From NCBI GenBank assembly GCA_965153285.1, contig OZ229111.1: DNA of 64,000 nucleotides. One strand, 5' to 3'. The notes under the pieces are model-generated. The model was not told the origin of the DNA and did no database searches. It was given only the letters and a program-made list of their open reading frames with translations. The position numbers were made by a program, and so were the translations under genes. Positions 38,098 to 50,317 of this stretch are shown here, in pieces. How positions within the stretch are numbered: the stretch's first letter is position 1; each line of letters opens with the position of its first letter. This DNA is from Podarcis tiliguerta (lineage: Eukaryota).

Positions 38098-41000
38098 CAA
38101 AGTCCACTGATACACAGACTGTGTTAGTGCTTTGGGTGCATTTCCTACATCATATGTCAAGTTCCTGACAGTTTTCTCTTTTGATGATTACTTTATAAAG
38201 TGGCATATGGTGGTTGATGGTGCTGTATAATACAATACAAGGTTTAAGACTTATGCATAACTACTCGTTGCTGTTTTAGGATGCCATTAAAGATGTCCAT
38301 GTGAAAGGAATGATGTACAAATGGATTGAAAAGGACATGGGTCAGTTAAGTTCTAAACTTTGATTAAGGTTTTTTTTTGAATAGTAATGAACACTGTCTG
38401 GCATCTAATGGCTTTAGATTAATGGTTTTCAACCACCAAACTGAAATTTGCCTAAATGTTTTCTTCTTTTTTGTCATAGTGTTGTGTACTTATACATTAT
38501 GCTTAGCTTAATCTGTTTCTTGCAGAAAAATATATTCTTCATGGAGATGAAACTTATGCTGTCCTAAATCGACTGGTTAACCATAACAAAAAACTATTTC
38601 TTATCACAAACAGTCCTTTTAGCTTTGTGTGAGTATCATCTCTTATGCATCTTGATGAAATGGTTGCTTATGTGCAAATGTTAAATGACAGTAGTAATTG
38701 TTCAGTGTAGACCATCTGGATAGCAGCTTTCTTATGTAAACATTTTTAATTGTTGGAAGATAAGATTTTATTATTGTTATAATAACGTGAGGATCTATTT
38801 GTGTATTTGATTTGTTACCCTGCTTTCACCATCAGGTGATGGTGGCGTTCAGTTAACAACGTAATCATACCATTGCAAACAAGTATAGCAAGTTTTAGCA
38901 AAGAATTGTACACGACTGTGAAACTGGAGAAACTGCATTGCTAGTTCTGTGGTTGCAAAGTTAAATTTGAAAAGTGATTGTAATCATTCCTAGGGGCACA
39001 GTTCTGTCCTGGTACATGCACAGGTCTGTTTCGTTGTCCCACCTTGGTATGCATAGGTGCATGTGGACTCAACTCTATGGTCTGTGTGCCTCTGATATTT
39101 CCAACCTGCCCTCCCTTTTTGCCTGCTGTGAGTGACTCATGCTATGGATCTGAATTACTGGAACAGCCCAAAGGAAAGGGCTGGCTGGGGATAGAGAAGG
39201 TACACACAGGCATCCTGTTTTCTGTAATGTCCTGGTGGTGTGTGGTGCTTCCACAGGTGCCAAAGTGAGAAGCAACTTGGCTCTGATTAGATCTCTGGAT
39301 ACACCCATCTTCATGCAGGGAAGGATTGTGCAATAAAATAGAACATTGTATTCATTATAGGTAACGTAATGAATAGATTAGGGATGCGGGTGGCGCTGTG
39401 GGTTAAACCACAGAGCCTAGGGCTTGCCGATCAGAAGTTCGGTGGTTCGAATCCCCGTGACTGGGTGAGCTCCCATTGCTCGGTCCCTGCTCCTGCCAAC
39501 CTAGCAGTTCAAAAGCACGTCAAAGTGCAAGTAGATAAATAGGTACTGCTCTGGCGGGAAGGCAAATGGCATTTCCATGCGCTGCTCTGGTTCGCCAGAA
39601 GCGGCTTAGTCATGCTGGCCACATGACCCGGAAGCTGTACGCCAGCTCCCTCGGCCACTAAAGCGAGATGAGGGCCACAACCCCAGAGTCGGTCACGAGT
39701 GGACCTAATGGTCAGGGGTCCTTTAATGAATAGATGGTAGTGGGCCGAAGCCTTTAGATTCTATAGTAAATTCCTTTTTAAAAAAATCAACTCTCCCATA
39801 ATAGGTGTTTTTTTTAGACTTTGGTAATGGAACATGTTCTCCATCCATGCCTTCGCAGAACTGAAGGTGCTATTCTGTTGTTGTTGTTGTTTGTTGATCT
39901 AGGCTGGAAATGACTTGGAGCCATTTATCTCACAAATTAACTACCAAGTGCTTCTCTAAGAAACCTCCGCAGGAGCCCTCAAAATGCTGAAGCCTTCTTT
40001 ACATGTAATGTGGTGGCAAATGCATGTTTGCCGCTGCATGTGTTATGCAGCAAGTGACACCCGCCCTGGCTCCCTAGCCTAGTTCACGAATGGAGTAGCC
40101 AGTATGAACCTTTTAGCTTAAAGGCATGGTTGAGGTCTTGTCAAGCTGAACTCAGAAGCCATGGGAAACTTCAGGCAGGGAAGGATTGGAGAATAAATTG
40201 TAATAATAGAAAACAATTTTATTAATTCACAGGGCCCTTAACAACTTGGGGACTACCTTATTCCTTAACTATCCTGTCGGATCACCCAGGTCTTAGGGGT
40301 GCTGCTGTTAGTTGACCCTTGTGGCTCTGACACATGGAGTGGAATTCAACATAGGGACAACAAGACTTTTCTCCTGTGGGGCTCTCACACACTCCCTAAG
40401 TCTGTTCTGGGTTTTCCTCCAGGACATATTTGGGGGATGCAGGGCAGGGAAGAGGGAGAAGACGGCCCATTGTGCTAGCAGACCTTGTTCTGTGCACATG
40501 ACGACTTAGTTGAATTCTGCTCTGCCAGTGTGATGTAGTGCTTAAGAGCGGTGGACTTGTAATCTGGGGAACCGGGTTCGCGTCTCCGCTCCTCCACATG
40601 CAGCTGCTGGGCGACCTTGGGCCAGTCACACTTCTTGAAGTCTCTCAGCCCCACTCACCTCACAGAGTGTTTGTTGTAGGGGAGGGAGAGAAAGGAGAAT
40701 GCTAGCCGCTTTGAGACTCCTTCGGGTAGTGATAAAGCGGGATATCAAACCCAAACTCTTCTTCTTGCATCCACCAGAAGTTGTGTGCTCAGAACTGTGG
40801 GCCCAGTTCTCTGGAATGCCTCTGAGATCTGAAAGGGGTCTACCCTGTCAAACTTGAGGTGCTTGGTGAACAGTTTTAAAAGCATTTAAAGAAAACTTTG
40901 CTGATTTTCATAGTTAATATTTTTCTCTTTTGTAACCTCATTGTACACTACTACATAAACTGCTTAAATAAATAAATTAATAATAAAGTTGCAGAACATT

Positions 41001-44000
41001 AAGAACAGTGTATGTATTGAAGATAGCCTAATGAACACATGTAAACAGACTGAAGCTTTTTTACTTTTTGACTGCTTCTGAAGCCTAACATAGTACTGAG
41101 GACAAAACCCCAACCCTTTCCTGAGCATGGAGAAAGACTCCCTTCTGGGGTCGGTCTGCGTTTTGGAGGTACCCAAGGCAGTATCCAGTACATTTGTTCC
41201 ATTAATTCCAGGATTTACACTTGCACAATGGAATTATGGCCTCCCCAAAACGTTCTAGACCGTTGGGAAGAACCACCAGAACAATTTTAGAGGGCACAGA
41301 GAAGGACAGCAGAGAAGAGTTTCATTGCACACACAAAAATCCTTGCGCTAATGACATTAATTTTATATTATTGCCTTGATTGCTTCTGGAATTCAGAGTA
41401 AAGGAAGGAAAAATCATTTTGTCGACCCCATCTTTGTGTAGACGAACAATAAGCCCTAACAAAACTCAGCTCCTGCTGTGCTGTTAGGAAGGCAGGTTAG
41501 AATTGTTAGAATTATTTTTTTAAAAGAAAAAATCTTGGCAGATAATCCATGTCTTTCATCAGATCAAAATGAAATCTTTCTCTAGAGTACCATGCACTGG
41601 ATTAAATGAAATAACCTTTCCCTGTTTTTGTCTGCAGTGATAAAGGAATGAAGCACATGGTTGGCAAGAACTGGCGAGACCTTTTTGACATGGTCATTGT
41701 GCAAGCAGATAAGCCGAATTTCTTCACTGATAGACGCAAGTATGTTTTGTGATTGTAGCATACCGGACCTACATATTACATTTAACTTTGCAGCTGTTAC
41801 ACAAAATGGCAACTGCAGATTCGGTGCTTCTCTGCCCCACATCATTAGTTGATGATAAAGGGGGTCAGAGCCAGGAATGTGGAACATCCTGAAGTCAGGC
41901 TATGGGCAGGAATCCTGACTGGTGGGGCGAGGGAAGAGAGGAATTAAGTATGCAGTTGCCATGTTTTGACAGCAGCTGTTCATTAGCAGTAGTGGGTTTC
42001 CTTTCAAGATGCCAAATTACTTTTTTGCATTTTCAAATTCTGGCGAGATCAACCCAAGCTCCTCCTTCTAAAACTGCTTGTTTGTCAAATTGTTCAGAAA
42101 TGTATTATGTTAATTCCCTGCCTTTTGCAGAGTATTTGAAGTCTTTAATACTATGTGTAATGCAAGCCATTGACGTCAAGCATCCATGTACAATAAGTCA
42201 AATAACTATTTTTAGGACACCTTTTCCTCTGTCCCAGCTGCCATGTGTGTTGAAGTGGTTATATATATTGAGTCCCTAACATCCTAGAAAGCATGCAGTG
42301 GCTGTTTTATCTCTTAAAATAGACCATACACTTTCATTATGCAAACTGTTGTGAATAAATGGGCCAATTTCTTTCCTCCTGCTGCTTTCATTAACAAACT
42401 TTTGAACAGTTCACATAATAAAACTAATGATGATTTAACACAAAGTGACTTAAGGAATCACTTCTCATTTGTCATGTTACTTCAAGTTTCCATAGCAAGA
42501 CTCACTCATTTGCAGGCCTGTAACAGCAGTTGTTTGACTTTTGTAGACCCTTCAGGAAAATGGATGAAAAAGGTTCACTTCACTGGGATAAAATAAGCAA
42601 ACTGGAAAAGGGGAAAATTTACAAACAGGTAAGACTACTTAACAGTATCTTATCACTTCATGGCTTAGCTTAAGGATACTAGAATTTTTTTGAGTCACTT
42701 TGAAGTATGTGAGCAAGCATGAAAAAGGTATTTGCTACTCTTCTTCAAAAGCTATAATTTTATACTTTTTCATAGCGTCTTTATTTCCATTTTCTTAGAA
42801 TCTCCCATTCTTAGAACTGTGGTGCAAATATGTCATAAGATAAAAGCTGAGGTGGATAATTACCCTTCTGAAGTCATAAACATACTTGTCCTGTTCTTTT
42901 GAAATTATTTCATCCCATTGTTTCTGAAGGAAAACAGTCGAGCAAGATTTTGTTTTCCTGTTTTAATATGTAGGCGAGGTAGTCTTGTTCACAGGTAGAC
43001 TAGGAGTTAGCAGGGCTTTGAAAAATCTTTTGAGGAAGGCTAGAAGATTATTGAGCAGTAGAAGATACCACGAAAAATTGTTAGTAACCCACTTTATGTG
43101 ATTCGCAGTTGAGCTCTCTAAAATTCAGAAATGGTTCTGAGGCAGTGCTGTGATCAAATCAGGCCTTCAGAATTATAATGTCAAAGTATTTCGGACATAA
43201 CAGTATGGTGCCAATTGGACAATGGCTGTAGCATCATCCAAAACAAACATAATATGGCTAAATATCTTCAGGATTTGTTAATAGAATGCTGTCTGGACGA
43301 GACTAGGAAGATGAGGAAGGCTCTGTATATTCATACCATATGTGACCTAAAACATGGGTAAAAGTGTCCCAGCAGGGAAATCATTTTGACCCGCAGTTTC
43401 CTAGTTGTGTTTTTCCCAGATGTCTTTATTACCAGACTCTTGTCTTAGAATCCAATATGTTAAAACCTTCCCAGCACAAACATTTGAATGGTTGTCATAG
43501 TTAGGGAGATGATTATTGGTGTGTGCGTATGTGGTTGACAACAAATTCCCACTGAAAATAACACATTTCTCCATTCTTACTAGGCATGCCAATGTTGGGA
43601 AAGTTTCCTAAAGTTGGAATTGGGTTGATCTTTTAAACAGCAAAAAATGTCATTCATTCATCCTGCGTGAATTTGAATGTGATGGGTTGGGATTGACGTC
43701 AGTGATGATGGAAGTCTAGTTCTGGTCATGCCAGGATTCATTAGGATGCATGAGTAATAGTGGAGGGAACCCAGTAGCCTGTGTTTTGCTGCTAGGATAT
43801 CTGAGGACAGATCTGCCTTACAGCCCAGTCAAAACATACAGAAGTTGGGTCAATGGGGAGAAGCTTAGGAACAGATAATGGTCACTGCAAAAAAGTAAGT
43901 GTACCTTTATAAGATAGCCTGTGTCCCACTTTGAGGGAGCTGGGAGTAGCATATTGAAATTGTGCCTAGACTATCTTGAAATTAATGTTCAGCATGTAGC

Positions 44001-47000
44001 AAATCACTAACACGAATCATGACTTAGCTATGCTTTAAAGCAGACCCATTTAAAGTAATGGGGCCGAAATTAATCATTACTAACATCAGTCCCATTGCTT
44101 TCGGGATACAACCCCTTTTTGTTTGTAGTTTTTCAACTGTAGTTTTGGAGTAGCAGTCGTACAAAGCTACCGTGAGGCTAAAATCAGATAATAACTTAAC
44201 TCACCGCACACTTAGGGATCAGTTAGTCTATAAATGTAGGAATGGTTCCTTGAATACAAACAACGTGCAAGATATGAATTTGTAGGAATGATGGGATTAT
44301 AAATCTAGCGTTCCAAAGTCACCATTTCCCCTAATTTGACAAAGTTCCCGTGGGAACTCCTTAAGCTTTTACCCATGGATGGTTTTTTTTAATAAGCGGC
44401 TTATTCTGAACAAATATTTTCTCTTTGTTTCCTTGGCTCTGTAGAAAAATCAAAGTAGTGAGAGACTTATTTTTTTGACCTTTTCAAGACCGGCACACAC
44501 TGTTTTTCTTTACAGGAAGAAACCAGATATTTAAGTTTATTCTCACATTCTTTTGTTCCTCTTATGTTTCAAGGGCAATCTGTTTGATTTTCTGCGGCTA
44601 ACAGGCTGGCGTGGGTCCAAGGTCCTTTATTTTGGTGACCATTTGTACAGCGACCTTGCAGTAAGTACTCCAGCCCCACTTGGAATTTTATCTCAGTGCT
44701 ACTTAGTGGCCTCTGCTTGCTACCAAAATCCAAGGACAGCTTCGTTCTTCAGTATTGTTGCTCTGGGATATATTTGTGGAAGACACTCACACTATGGCTT
44801 TGATTCTTGTTCAGCATGATCAACTCCCATTGCATAGGTGGTTCCTTTTTAGCCAGTCCTGATTTGAAACCCATACCAGAATCAAGTTTATTTCAAAAAT
44901 ACTTTCTTCTTCTAGTCTGCCATTTTAAGGCACATTTCCAAACCGCAGTCCATATATAACCATTTTTAAGAATAACAGTTTAAAAAGTAATTGTTGGATC
45001 TCCCCCCCCCCCCCCGTGTCAACTTTGTCTACTATTTTTAACTTTATTTTTCTAAAGGCAACTTGCAAAATGAGGTTTCTCCTCCCACCACCACTTCTTC
45101 CCTTTCTGCTTCTTCCCTTTCTGCCTTATACCTTGTGAACAGAGAGGCTATTTCCTTCTGGCAGCAACCCCTTGCACCTTGCAAGAACCATTCCAGAAAA
45201 TTGGATGGGGGGGTGGATGCAGGGCGTTTCTGCTGGACAGACGCCCATTGCTATGCATGCTTAGTCAAAAATACTAGGGCCCACTGATGTCAGTAGAACC
45301 TGTTCTGTAATAACGATGCATAGGATTCTATCCTGCTATATCTCTTTACATGTACATCTGAAGAGCTCCAGCCTGCCAGCTGACATTGTGCGCTGGCTCA
45401 GTTACACTCAAGCTGATTTCCTTGTAGAGGCTGCTGTTAGGAAAAACTCTGCAGAGCTTTTATTGAATGGTTTTATTGGGTACTTTTATCATATCTGACA
45501 TCATAGTTTTTGGAGTATATTGTATCTTTTGTATGCTATCTTCATGTTTTGGTACGCAGGGTATATATATTTTTCATTAAGGGGAATAAAACCAAGTCTG
45601 CATGAGTGGTTGACTGCTTTTGGGAATGAACTGACCTTGAGTAGACTCCCTAACCTGCGATTGCAGATGCTGTCATCTACAAACATATTTCAACTGCTGC
45701 ATTTTGTTTACTAAGAATTTCCCCCTTTTTTGTAAATAAAACATCACCATACATTTCTGTAGCACATTCTGTTCAACCCAGAGATTGCCACCCCCTCTTC
45801 TCCACTCCTAAGGACTGCCACTCCTCAAGGACTAATAAACCTAAAAGAAGATTAATGTTTATTTAAAAATTAAATGGTGTGAGAAAGAAAAGAGTAGACT
45901 ATAGGATAAAGCGAAAAGCTAACAACAAATAGTGGCATTCCTGATTGTTGTTGGCAAGTAAAAACTGGATGAAAAATTGTTTCCTTCAGGTTATGAACTG
46001 ATTTATCAGTATGGCAGGGCTATTAAAATGTGTATTGTGGGTTTATTTACAAGGCTGCATCACAGTATCGTATGCTATGCCCTTCCCTCCCTCTTTCTTA
46101 GGATCTCATGCTGCGGCATGGTTGGAGGACAGGTGCCATTGTTCCAGAACTTGAAACGGAAATCCGAATCATTAATACAGAACAATATATGCACTCTTTG
46201 ACTTGGCAGCAAGCTCTTACAGGACTTTTGGAGAGAATGCAGGTAAAATAGACCAAATGGTGATTTTATTAGGTAGTTGCCTAGCATGATTATGGTTAGG
46301 CTTGCCATCACCCTAACCTTAGCTAAGCCAACTTCCTGGCTATATTTCCTTGTTTGTATTTCTTTTCTCTGATGAAAGGAGATGCAAAACTGCAACTTTC
46401 ATAAGTATTAGAACATGTATTTAGCCTGATATTCAGCTATGTTCAACATTCAAACATCTTGGATTTTTTTTCCTTTTTCTTAACTTTTAGATGTATCAAG
46501 ATGCAGAATCTAGGCAGGTGCTACTGGAATGGATGAAAGAACGACAGGAAATTAGGTGAATCTTGATATTTTTTTATTCTCGTCTGTTCCTCCCCACCTC
46601 AAAAAAAGAAAAAGAAAACTGTCATTGCATTATTACATAGATTCCAAACACAAATCTCACACTTAATTAGGAACTGGTTGTGACTAAGAAGGCATTTTAT
46701 TGGATGCTAATCCCCAATATTGCTTTGCTTCTATACTGAACAGTTTTCTTTCTCCCTTTGGGAGGGGTGCAGGTGGCCTACTTAGGGGCAGGTGAAGTAG
46801 CAAGACAAACATGTCAGGCACCCCTCATCTGTCTCTCAGAGCTTAAGAGGTGCTGGAAAAGCTTTTAGCTGAAGAGGATGCTGGGTGCTCCCTTAAACAG
46901 ACTAATCTGCCGGCCAAACACAGCAGAGGAATTCTGAGTAGCTAACCCAATGACCGCTCCCCACATCAAATGGGCGGCACCTTTTGTGTGGTCGCGCAGC

Positions 47001-48141
47001 CCCCCCCCCCATCCGATGTGGCTCCCGGCAGTACAGCCTGGATCCCCCCCCCCCCGGCTGGACACCTGGAGGTAGCCGCCTACCTCTGGCAGTTACCCAA
47101 TCCCAGCTGGGGAGGCATTGCCAGGAGAGAGTTGGCCAGAAGGGATCGCCCTGCCCACACAATAATGGGTGGAACTTACCTGGGAGTTCTCAGTCGGCTT
47201 CAGAGCTTCTCCCACCCTGCCCTCCCTCAGTTAAGCCTTCTTTTGCAGGTTAACCTCTTCTTTACACTGGTGCTGCTACGTTATGGTCGCTGTTGAAGGG
47301 CCGGAAAGGAATTTTCCTGCATTGGCAGGTTTTGCCTTCCCCGTAGCAAAACATCACAACTTCGGCGGTTTCAGCCATTGGGCAGAATCCTTCAGTCTAT
47401 CTTTCCTAAATGGGGGGGGCGGTGAAGCGGTGACCCACAGCCCTCCTGCGGCGGTGATCCCACAGTTCCCCATTAAAGGGGTTGTTTTGAGGGGAGGCAT
47501 TGGCCATACGCCAATAGGTTGTCATTGCTCTCCCCTGCGACGGCAGCGAAATGGGGGGCGGGCTCTCTGCTTGAACAGACGTTCTCCAGAGCTAGCCCAA
47601 TCCCCACACATTCTGGAGAACCCTGATGTTCCCCAGATCCCCGGCCGGGGACTGGGAGGGAGAAACGCCCAATGCCTATGCCAAGGTCTCCCTACCTCTG
47701 AAGCTTTAATAAAGTTGTGGCCAAAATTTTACTCCCATAACACATTGTCTTGAGTCATTATTCCACTTGGCTGTCGTCCGGGGCTGGGGGGGGGGCGTTC
47801 TCCACCTGTCCGCGCAAAACCCCAGACGTTTTCAAGGGTTTCTGTTCTCATGGCTTAATAGCAAATTATTTCCTTCCAGGTCACTTTCGAAGAATCTTTT
47901 TAACCCCCAATTTGGTAGCATCTTTCGAACCTTCCACAACCCGACCTACTTTTCTCGAAGACTGATCCGTTTCTCTGACATCTACATGGCATCCATCAGT
48001 TGCCTACTGAACTATGATGTCAACTTCACCTTCTACCCCCGGCGCACTCCGCTGCAGCATGAAGCTCCCCTCTGGATGGACCAGCTCTGCACTGGTTGCA
48101 TGAAGACTCCATTCTTGGAGGAAATGGTGCACATCCGGTAA
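21209..48141 (+). CDS. NT5DC2: 5'-nucleotidase domain-containing protein 2 (HAD superfamily), complete, 14 coding exons, 1776 nt, 591 aa
   Basis: join(21209-21542,26137-26321,27853-27927,30478-30533,32418-32511,37358-37486,38280-38340,38526-38628,41638-41739,42547-42628,44574-44660,46102-46242,46491-46555,47880-48141); HAD motifs GFDYDYT, ITNS, ADKP, GDHLYSD; C-terminus [24 protein letters not shown]. Confidence 0.97.
23060..23860 (+). mobile_element. Degenerate L2-like LINE fragments
   Basis: Relics resembling the L2 ORF2 C-terminus (catgcttgtaacttctagatt ~ HALVTSRLD; aaacttcagctg ~ KLQL; cagctcccctggttcc ~ LHWLP). Confidence 0.45.
24871..25106. mobile_element. hAT-superfamily MITE in NT5DC2 intron 1
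   Basis: TIRs CAGGGCCATAGCTAG...CTAGCTACGGCTCTG; perfect 8-bp TSD TAGGAAAG (24863-24870 and 25107-25114). Confidence 0.88.
26137..26321 (+). CDS. NT5DC2: NT5DC2 exon 2 (DLLPPGVC...[11 protein letters not shown]...IEQFK), HAD motif I
   Basis: ttccag acceptor; gtaatg donor. Confidence 0.95.
27853..27927 (+). CDS. NT5DC2: NT5DC2 exon 3 ([25 protein letters not shown])
   Basis: ttgtag acceptor; gtaaga donor. Confidence 0.94.
28325..28478 (-). mobile_element. Squam2-type SINE (tRNA head plus CR1-derived tail)
   Basis: Minus strand GATAGCTCAGTTGGTTAGAGTGTGGTGCTAAC...AGGATTGATCCCC then GGACTAGATGATCCTCAGGGTCCC...TATGATT. Confidence 0.75.
30478..30533 (+). CDS. NT5DC2: NT5DC2 exon 4 ([18 protein letters not shown])
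   Basis: tttcag acceptor; gtgagt donor. Confidence 0.94.
31656..31951 (-). mobile_element. 5'-truncated L1/Tx1-like 3' end flanked by a 35-bp direct repeat
   Basis: Minus strand ends ...TTTAATAAAGATTTATAAAAA with an A-rich tail; flanks 31621-31655 and 31952-31986 are identical at 32/35 positions. Confidence 0.65.
32418..32511 (+). CDS. NT5DC2: NT5DC2 exon 5 ([31 protein letters not shown])
   Basis: ttatag acceptor; gtaccg donor. Confidence 0.94.
36848..36868. repeat. (TG)n microsatellite; a similar one lies at ~28572-28590
   Basis: Read directly from sequence. Confidence 0.9.
37358..37486 (+). CDS. NT5DC2: NT5DC2 exon 6 ([16 protein letters not shown]...HLYKDIS)
   Basis: ggacag acceptor; gtgagt donor. 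Confidence 0.94.
37683..37800. mobile_element. Penelope-like element terminal fragment (shorter relic at ~20350-20425)
   Basis: gcagccatgttattctg...cttgtggtaccttaaagact...gctttggtggactggattccacttcatc resembles reptile Penelope ends; recognised from memory. Confidence 0.5.
38031..38092. repeat. Compound microsatellite (CA)9(GA)22
   Basis: Read directly from sequence. Confidence 0.95.
38280..38340 (+). CDS. NT5DC2: NT5DC2 exon 7 ([20 protein letters not shown])
   Basis: ttttag acceptor; gtcagt donor. Confidence 0.93.
38526..38628 (+). CDS. NT5DC2: NT5DC2 exon 8 (EKYILHGDE...[11 protein letters not shown]), HAD motif II
   Basis: ttgcag acceptor; gtgagt donor. Confidence 0.94.
39381..39723 (+). 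mobile_element. Full-length Sauria SINE (Squam1 type)
   Basis: tRNA-derived head GGGATGCGGGTGGCGCTGTGGGTTAAACC...GGTTCGAATCCC; body AACCTAGCAGTTC...GTAGATAAATAGGTAC...ATGCTGGCCACATGACC; TSD TAATGAATAGAT at 39367-39378 and 39724-39735. Confidence 0.9.
40524..40766 (+). mobile_element. Squam3-type tRNA-derived SINE with (CTT)n tail
   Basis: A-box TGATGTAGTGCTTAAGAGC, B-box GGTTCGCGTCTCC, core GACCTTGGGCCAGTCAC...ACCTCACAG, tail CTCTTCTTCTT. Confidence 0.8.
41638..41739 (+). CDS. NT5DC2: NT5DC2 exon 9 ([33 protein letters not shown]), HAD motif III
   Basis: ctgcag acceptor; gtatgt donor. Confidence 0.94.
42547..42628 (+). CDS. NT5DC2: NT5DC2 exon 10 ([27 protein letters not shown])
   Basis: ttgtag acceptor; gtaaga donor. 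Confidence 0.94.
44574..44660 (+). CDS. NT5DC2: NT5DC2 exon 11 ([29 protein letters not shown]), HAD motif IV
   Basis: ttcaag acceptor; gtaagt donor. Confidence 0.95.
46102..46242 (+). CDS. NT5DC2: NT5DC2 exon 12 ([18 protein letters not shown]...LLERMQ)
   Basis: ttcttag acceptor; gtaaaa donor. Confidence 0.95.
46491..46555 (+). CDS. NT5DC2: NT5DC2 exon 13 ([21 protein letters not shown])
   Basis: ttttag acceptor; gtgaat donor. Confidence 0.93.
46863..47818 (+). mobile_element. GC-rich ~950-bp insertion in NT5DC2 intron 13, probably a terminal-repeat remnant of an LTR or tyrosine-recombinase (DIRS/Ngaro-like) retroelement
   Basis: Abrupt GC/CpG-rich block in an AT-rich intron; AATAAAGTTGTGGCC near its 3' end; internal repeat GGGGAGGCATTG; no TSD found; family assignment from memory and boundaries approximate. 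Confidence 0.55.
47880..48141 (+). CDS. NT5DC2: NT5DC2 exon 14 ([17 protein letters not shown]...EEMVHIR*)
   Basis: ttccttccag acceptor; TAA at 48139-48141. Confidence 0.96.
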
Positions 48142-50317
48142 AAGGATGTGTATGTCCCACTGTTGCGATAAAGCTGTTGTATAGGAAGGGCCCAGCACCT
48201 TAGCCTTAGATTGCAACCTGGTTACAGTGTGTGCCTATTGCTGTCCTTTGCGTCCCAGCACTTCCTAATAGATACTCAAGATGAACGAGTGAAAAGGCTG
48301 TGCAAATTATGTCTTAGAAATGCTTCACTGATAAGAAGTCCAAAGGGTGAATTAGGTTCCTGTGCACTGTCTCCATAAAGTAGTTCCTTCTACTTAGAGG
48401 TTCCTCCCAAAATGTTCAGTTCCAGAGTTTGTGCGTTGTGTAGCCGTGATCCGATGATATTCTCAGAACTTGTTAATACTATACAGCCCTATTTGTCCAT
48501 GTCTCTACCCAGACTTTAGATGTGACTTAGCTGTGATTATATTGGCAAATAGCTCTGGATGTATTCCTACTAAAATGTGGACACATTTATATTTTTAAGA
48601 CCTAAGCCAGAATTATTTTTGGTTCATTAGATCTGAGATGCACTCTAAATCCTTGGCAAAAGAATTTTAAACTTTAATAACTGCCAGCAGCTCAGAATGT
48701 GCTAGATTAACACTTGATTAGGTTATAAATTCAAAGGTGCTAGCTTGTGTATCTTTGCACAACTGAGCACAGTATAATAAACAACATATAGCAACTCAGT
48801 TTTATGTACAAATGTAGTGATCAACAGAGCTTATTGTGAGCATGGCCCAGAAGGGCTAAACAAGCAAAGTTTCTCACCCGGTAGATCAATGACTGCTGCT
48901 GAGAGCATAGTGAGATTTCTCAATAGGTAGTGTGCATTTCTGCTAGAGCATGGACTGGTCCACATGTACCACTTGATTACACTTTGACTCGTAGCACAAT
49001 GTGTGACCTGACCATTGGAAAGCACTGTGTTTGTGGTCAGCTGATGTGGTAGCTTTGTAATGGCTCAACAATGAACGTAGTTGCTGCGCTCGTCACATGA
49101 TGTGCATGCATGTCTCAATCAGCCCTATTAAATATACCATCCCATATATTTCTAAAAACTACTTTTAACCATTGTATAAGTGTAGCTTGAATTTCAAACC
49201 TATTTCTTAACTTGAGATCAAAATATGGAAACAAATGGTGTATTATTTAAGCATCTGCTACTTTTTAGCCTGACACAGATGAAGGACACAATCTATCACC
49301 AGCGTGCTGCAAAAGGTGAGCCTAGGGTTCAATGGCTGAAGCTATGGGTGCTTTCTCCTTTGTGTGAGATGTAAACCTGGGTCTCTTTCACTGTGCAATA
49401 GGTGGAGCTGCCATTGAAAGACTACTCAGAAGAAGCATCAGCTAATATAAGTGGTGAGTTATCAGGACCAGTGTTCCTGTGTTTGCACATGCTCTGCATA
49501 TAAAAAGCCTCATGTTCAAGCTCTCTGTATGTTTAGGAATGTCCCATCTAAAATCCTGCAACTGGTCTGACTTGATAGAAGGCCGTTTCCTATATACTGG
49601 TAAAGGCAAACATTTTGGGCTGAAGCTAATTTGGCGACACATCTTTTCTATATTTCATCATAATGGAGCCCCCTGACCCTCAACTTAATACCTGTTTTTG
49701 TACCCAGCTACTGCAGATCAGAACCATACCATTTAATAGAACATCTTTCCCTGAAAGACTCACCAAAGTCCATTTGGGCTGGCTCTGATAAGCATTCCAG
49801 GTGTATAAATTAAAAGCTGGGCAGGAGACCTGTGTTTATTTTTTAAATATTGCAATCTGATTGAATTCTATAATGGGTTTTATGCTGGCTAATTTAGATA
49901 TAATTAAATAAAGCTGCTCCACATGATTCCAGCACAGTTTTTAAAAAATCTAATCAAGAACTATTCCGTCTTACAAATGGCAGTTCAAAACTGGAATTAA
50001 GCTGAATTGTGCATTGACATGGTAAATTGCATTCTAATGATGCCAAAGCAACCTTACTGTCAAGCTATAGAAATTGTTGTCACTGTAGTTGATGCTTTAG
50101 GAGATGTTTTGTTGCTCTTTCTCATGTATATGGTACCAAAGTGATGTTGTTTAAGACTAGAATACTGGTCTTTGTGTACTGTATCTTATATTTTACTCTT
50201 TTAGGGATTTATATTAGGATTCTACGTATTAGTCAAATACACGGAGCTGGTTTATAAAATGTGGTTTGATAAATTATTCTGTAGCTATAATAGGCTTAAG
50301 TTTAGTTGTGCAAAAAA

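Noticed and set aside
37918-38160. 80-aa ORF with LSLSLS/CVCV repeats
   Set aside because: Translation of the (CA)n(GA)n microsatellite
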